From assembly GCF_963853765.1 (NCBI RefSeq), contig NC_088858.1, positions 6,324,001 to 6,388,000 on the forward strand: a stretch of 64,000 bases of DNA. Reading direction: 5' to 3'. The translations under genes were made by a program, and so were the position numbers. Positions 59,345-64,000 of this stretch are shown here, piece after piece; position 1 is the first letter of the stretch, and every line of letters starts with the position of its first letter. Below the pieces are notes generated by a model, which saw only the letters and a list, made by a program, of their open reading frames with translations, ran no database searches and was not told the origin of the DNA. Origin of the DNA: Magallana gigas. Its lineage: Eukaryota.

Positions 59345-62300
59345 ATGGCGGAGGCTGCCATTGAAAGGCAATCCGAGACGAGCAAATTTTACTGCCATAG
59401 CTGCTCAGAAGAAATAAACCCAAAACCAGTATGTACAGTGTCCATATACACAAGGTTTAATTTATCTGTGTATGGTTACCACATTGTTTAATAACTTCGT
59501 TACGTATAGTCTGACCTATCTATTATCTTATTATTTTTAATTACCAGAGACGTAAATAATATAGTTTTCTGTCATTTATGACGCTCTTGGGATTAAAAAT
59601 AAGTAGGGGAATTGGGTTGTTTGTTCAATTTCAGCGTTATAACCTTAAAAACTACAAAGCGATGTTCGAATGAATCATTCAAACTTGTTTTATGATTTGA
59701 CAGTTTGTCCCATAATAAGTTTATGTAGAATATTCTAGACTGAAAACATGCTTTTAAAATTGTATAATGGGGCTTGCTGTTTTGTTGTTCCACTGCTTTT
59801 ATATTTATGATTGAAATAGTGACTGAACAACTTGTGTAGAATGTTGCTTGTTGGGATGGATACTTAAAAAAGATGAAACGACACGATGCCGATGCCATTA
59901 TACCAATATTTTTAAACAATACAGAACTATTTAGTAATGAAATACCTTAATAAGAGTATTTTTTATAACAGAAGAGCTTTCACTAGTCTTCCAGCTTTAT
60001 AAATGAGCAAATTATGTTTGTATGATTATTGAAACCTTAGATAAGAGATTACAAACAGATTTTAAAAGAAAATTACTGGTAAATGTTTAATATCTGGTTA
60101 ATATTGTAAAACAAAATCATTCTACTAGATTCATAATAACAAAGAAATTTGCATAACCTCCTTTTTCTACTTTCTGTTTCAATACATTGAACATGGAGCA
60201 TGGGCTTTATATCTATTCCATGTTTGATGCGTACATGTAGATGTTTGAGTAAGTTAATTGTGTTTCCCTTTTCTTTGGCAAAATGTTTGACAAACCGTTT
60301 GATTTTCATGTAAAGTAAGACCATACTTGTTGCTGGTTCACACATTTTGCAGGCCCCATGTTGTTCGAGTTTGGTTATACTGCACAAGGAAACATCAAAA
60401 TGCATATTTCACATTAAAATATCTAGCATCAGTTTCATCGCTTCATACCAGTAACCAACAAAATTGGTTTCTCAGTGTAAACTTTATAAAAAATCATACT
60501 TATTGATTATCAGCAGTTGGAAACCTAACACACAAGTTACTTGCCTCACATTAATTGTTGATTAGCCTGTCCTTACAACAAGGTGTACTCAGATAATTGT
60601 TAAAAATCTGAACTACTTTGTTGATCATTTTTAATGCATTACAATAGTACTCAACAGATTATCTAATTGCGTTATTGGTGATTTTTTCAAATGAAACAGT
60701 ATTAATCCAGTTATTTTAAAGCAGCTTTTTACACCTGGATATTTATTAATAAGGTGATAATTAATAAAGGTGAAAATGTAGAATCCTGTAAATTGGTGAA
60801 TTTTTATGCTTTTTTCAGTTCTGCAATATTTTTTTTTTTGGCTATCAGTTTGTGTTTGATATTGACTCTCTGGACTTCTACAAAGTAAAGAACTAGGTTA
60901 ATTGCAATGATTGTGGAAATAAAGCAAAAAGTAGCCAATTAAAATTAGGACATCATTGAAAATAGGCTGTTGCACAATCAATGAATATAATATTTAAACA
61001 CTAAAGTCTACCGTATATATTTTTTTCCATCTTATTACAGGATTTTACGTGTCCCAAATGTGAAAATGGATTTATAGAAGAACTAACTGAGTAAGTGTTT
61101 CACATAAATACATTAACATGGGTGATTCTTAAAAATTTGGATTCTTACCCATAATGGGCCATTGCAACCTGAATATTGATTTTGTAAATGCAAGAATGGC
61201 TGTATTGACAAGTAGATTTCAATATACATTACCTGTATTTAAACAAGGTTTATTACTGTTGGCCTCCATGCATTAAGATTTCTTCATTAATCAAGTAACA
61301 TTAACTTTTCATTGGTTTAGATAAAACTAAGTACATTTTAATGATTAGGAAATCAGTATTTGTATCCCTAAATTGGGAGTGAAACTCAAACCCACTCAAA
61401 TAGCATCATTATATTGAATCAGCGTGTAGATTGATTAATCATTGTGACTTTGGGATGTACCAAATTGAGCAACTCGACCATGTATTGTAGAGATTTAGCT
61501 GAGACCCCCAGTCCCCAACCAGCTCAACAGCTTGATCCTGCTGCACAGTTTACAGAAGTGAGTAAAAAAGGATGAACAGAGTGCCTACAAAATGAACATA
61601 CCGATTCTTGATAAAGTCAATACCCAAAGAAGGAATATTTTAAATGAATTTATGAATAATGAATTAAGAAACTACAACCACCAAAAATAAATCAGAAAAG
61701 GAACCTTTTTCTTGGTTCAAAGGGAGGATTTATATTTACACAAACTTTTAAAACAAATCCAGTTTTACAAGAAACACTCAGGAGTGAAGATGTATCATAA
61801 CTAGCATTTGAACAAACATGCAATCATATGCAAGTCTGTAAAGTACATATTTGAAAAAAAAATAGCTTTTTTTTTTTCAGTATACCTTTGATTTAATGGT
61901 GACAAACATACATGTATATAATGTAATTGGGAATAGAGAAGACTGCCTAGTTAATACTCATCACTGTAGATGTAGTGGTGTTTATCATTTAGATTGGCAA
62001 GTTCTGGACCAGGTTAACATTTCAATCCTTGACATTGATCTCAGAATTTGTGAAATAAAGCTCCAAGATTTCATGACGTCTGCACTCTTTTGAAATTGAT
62101 GTATATGCCTTCATTTTATCTTTATGTGATATTTACTTAAGGTCGAATTCACTTTTTTCAAACACAATACCTGCATCAATTGACCTAGATATGAAAAAAA
62201 AAATATGAAAAATCATCTTTTAAGTGAACTGCTCTCATTTTTATTTCACGGAATATCTTCTTTACCAGCTATGGGGAAGAGCCTTTTTAGAAAGTTTTGA

Positions 62301-63771
62301 AAATCATTCTGGATCTGGTTCCTCAAACGCCACACAGAATGGAGTGGAGTCCGAGTCGGAAGAGGAAGAAGGGCGACCGAGGACGCGTGGCCATGGCCTG
62401 AGACCACTGACCCGGATATCTGTCAGAACAGGGGCGGGGAGGAACCGACCAATGAGTCAACCACAATATTTACATGGGTAAATGACTGATGTAGTCTTAA
62501 CCATCTTAAAGCTGAACACCGCTCATAAATAGGCACTGTCCGCCATATTTCTTTTCCATCACTGCTGTCCCTACAACCCCTTTATAAGGCACAGACCTCT
62601 AAACAGTTCAAAGTACTTTACTGTAGAGGTCTCCCCTGTGTGGATGTACATCTTGCCTAGCTCGCTGTGTTAGTCGGTCGCTATGATATTAAATTTTATG
62701 CAATTTTTTTTAACCAGGAGAATATTTGCATCAAATAAATTGGTCAATGCATTATTTACAAACAGATTATGCATATAGAATAAGAGATAAATGCATTAAA
62801 TCGAAAGACCACGAGAGTTATACTACATGTTGGCCACGAGTTTCAGTGGTGCAATTGGGTGTAACGAAATCGAATGATTTATATACAAGGTACCGGTGTG
62901 ACGGTGCCTATTTACAAGCGGTGTTCAGCTTTAACTCTTTAAGAATGAAGTTTTTATCAGCTGTTTTGAATATATGCACCTTTATTGATATTTATTTTTA
63001 AGTCCTTGATTAGAGATTTTGTAATTGTTATGGGGAATGTAATTCACAAGATTGTTGAAACTTTCAGTGCAATGATCAGACTCATCAGAGTATCCCTGAT
63101 ATATGATCATCTGAATATTTTAGTTTACAATATGATGTATAATCCAAGGATAGAGAGACCTTGGCAACATTAAGATAAGACAGAATGAGCTCTTCCTAAT
63201 TACACATACAATGTATTGATAAAGATATTCAAATCAGTACACACCTGTCAGATTGAAGTATTTATGATATCTTGGTAATTGAGTACTGATATACATGTAC
63301 ATTTGTATATTGCAGGCTTTTGCAGTTATTTGTTGATAGATTAACTGGGGAAATGGGACAACCCATGTAAGTATAGCTATAAACCTCATCTGTGCTTGTA
63401 AAGAAAGTTCTACAAAATGAGAAATTATATAATTTAGACAAAACATTGTATGCTCCTTTTCTTGATTTAGGAACTTTATGACACTTCATGGGAACCCTGC
63501 TGATTATGCTTGGGGTGTAGGAGGTCTCGACAACATTATAACACAGGTAGGTTTTATTAAAGATGCTTCATCCAACATTTAGGGCATTGAAATGTTAATG
63601 ATTTAACAGTGATCCATGTTAAATGTCTAAATATAAAAGGGAAATGTTTTTAATTTTTGATTCATCATTTATTTCAGTTGCTTAATCAATTAGAGGGATC
63701 TGGGCCAGCACCAGCTGAAAAGAGTAAAATAGATTCATTACCAAATGTTAAAGTAACCCAGCCTCAAGTTG
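59345..63771 (+). CDS. RNF115/RNF126: E3 ubiquitin ligase RNF115/RNF126 family, 5' part (RING exons beyond window)
   Basis: MAEAAIERQSETSKFYCHSCSEEINP plus DFTCPKCENGFIEEL (zf-RING_3 knuckle), then LHGNPADYAWGVGGLDNIITQ and LLNQLEGSGPAPAEKSKIDSLP. Seven exons in window. Confidence 0.93.
62510..62930. mobile_element. 421-bp TTAA-flanked MITE (Kolobok-like) in RNF intron
   Basis: TIR AGCTGAACACCGCT(CA/TG)TAAATAGGCAC with TTAA on both sides. The AG start differs from piggyBac CCC ends. Confidence 0.8.
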
Positions 63772-64000
63772 GTAAGACAATTATGAAACATTACCAAATT
63801 ACATTTTTTTAATACATTTATTCTTACTTGATTATTTAAGGAATGAATTTATTTCTATGTACGTTATAAGATATAACATAACTATGGGCAGTTTACGCTT
63901 TATAAACTGCAAAGCGGATTATAAAAAAAGCATAAACTCTCCCAAGTTATACTCGTATAACATTCGTAGAAATTAAATTTATTCCTCATGATATAATTTT

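Overview
AT-rich, intron-rich eukaryotic DNA. Gene content and repeat style suggest a bivalve mollusc such as an oyster (inference). Host genes: NCBP1/CBP80 (+, 6410-14939) convergent with SDHAF4 (-, 16121-16818); CCDC171 (-, 23166-37298); an 8-exon PLP-dependent threonine/serine dehydratase-family gene (-, 45289-49064) with a decaying tandem duplicate of exons 3-8 (42505-44128); TTI2 with an intronless CDS (-, 56627-58132) head-to-head with RNF115/RNF126 (+, from 59345, running off the window). The most interesting locus is a spliced Crypton/DUF3504-type tyrosine-recombinase-like gene (-, 49554-51581). Its frame is open across three exons, but two catalytic positions appear substituted. It lies about 470 bp upstream of the dehydratase acceptor, and two phase-0 donors could splice it in frame onto that enzyme. 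Introns and intergenic DNA are dense with TEs: a CR1/L2-type LINE fragment, a Tc1 derivative, a BEL/Pao gag relic, a tRNA-headed SINE, a tRNA-containing solo LTR (Helenus-like), many MITEs with TA, TTAA, 8-bp or 9-bp TSDs, and several near-perfect palindromes. All calls are by eye, without database searches.
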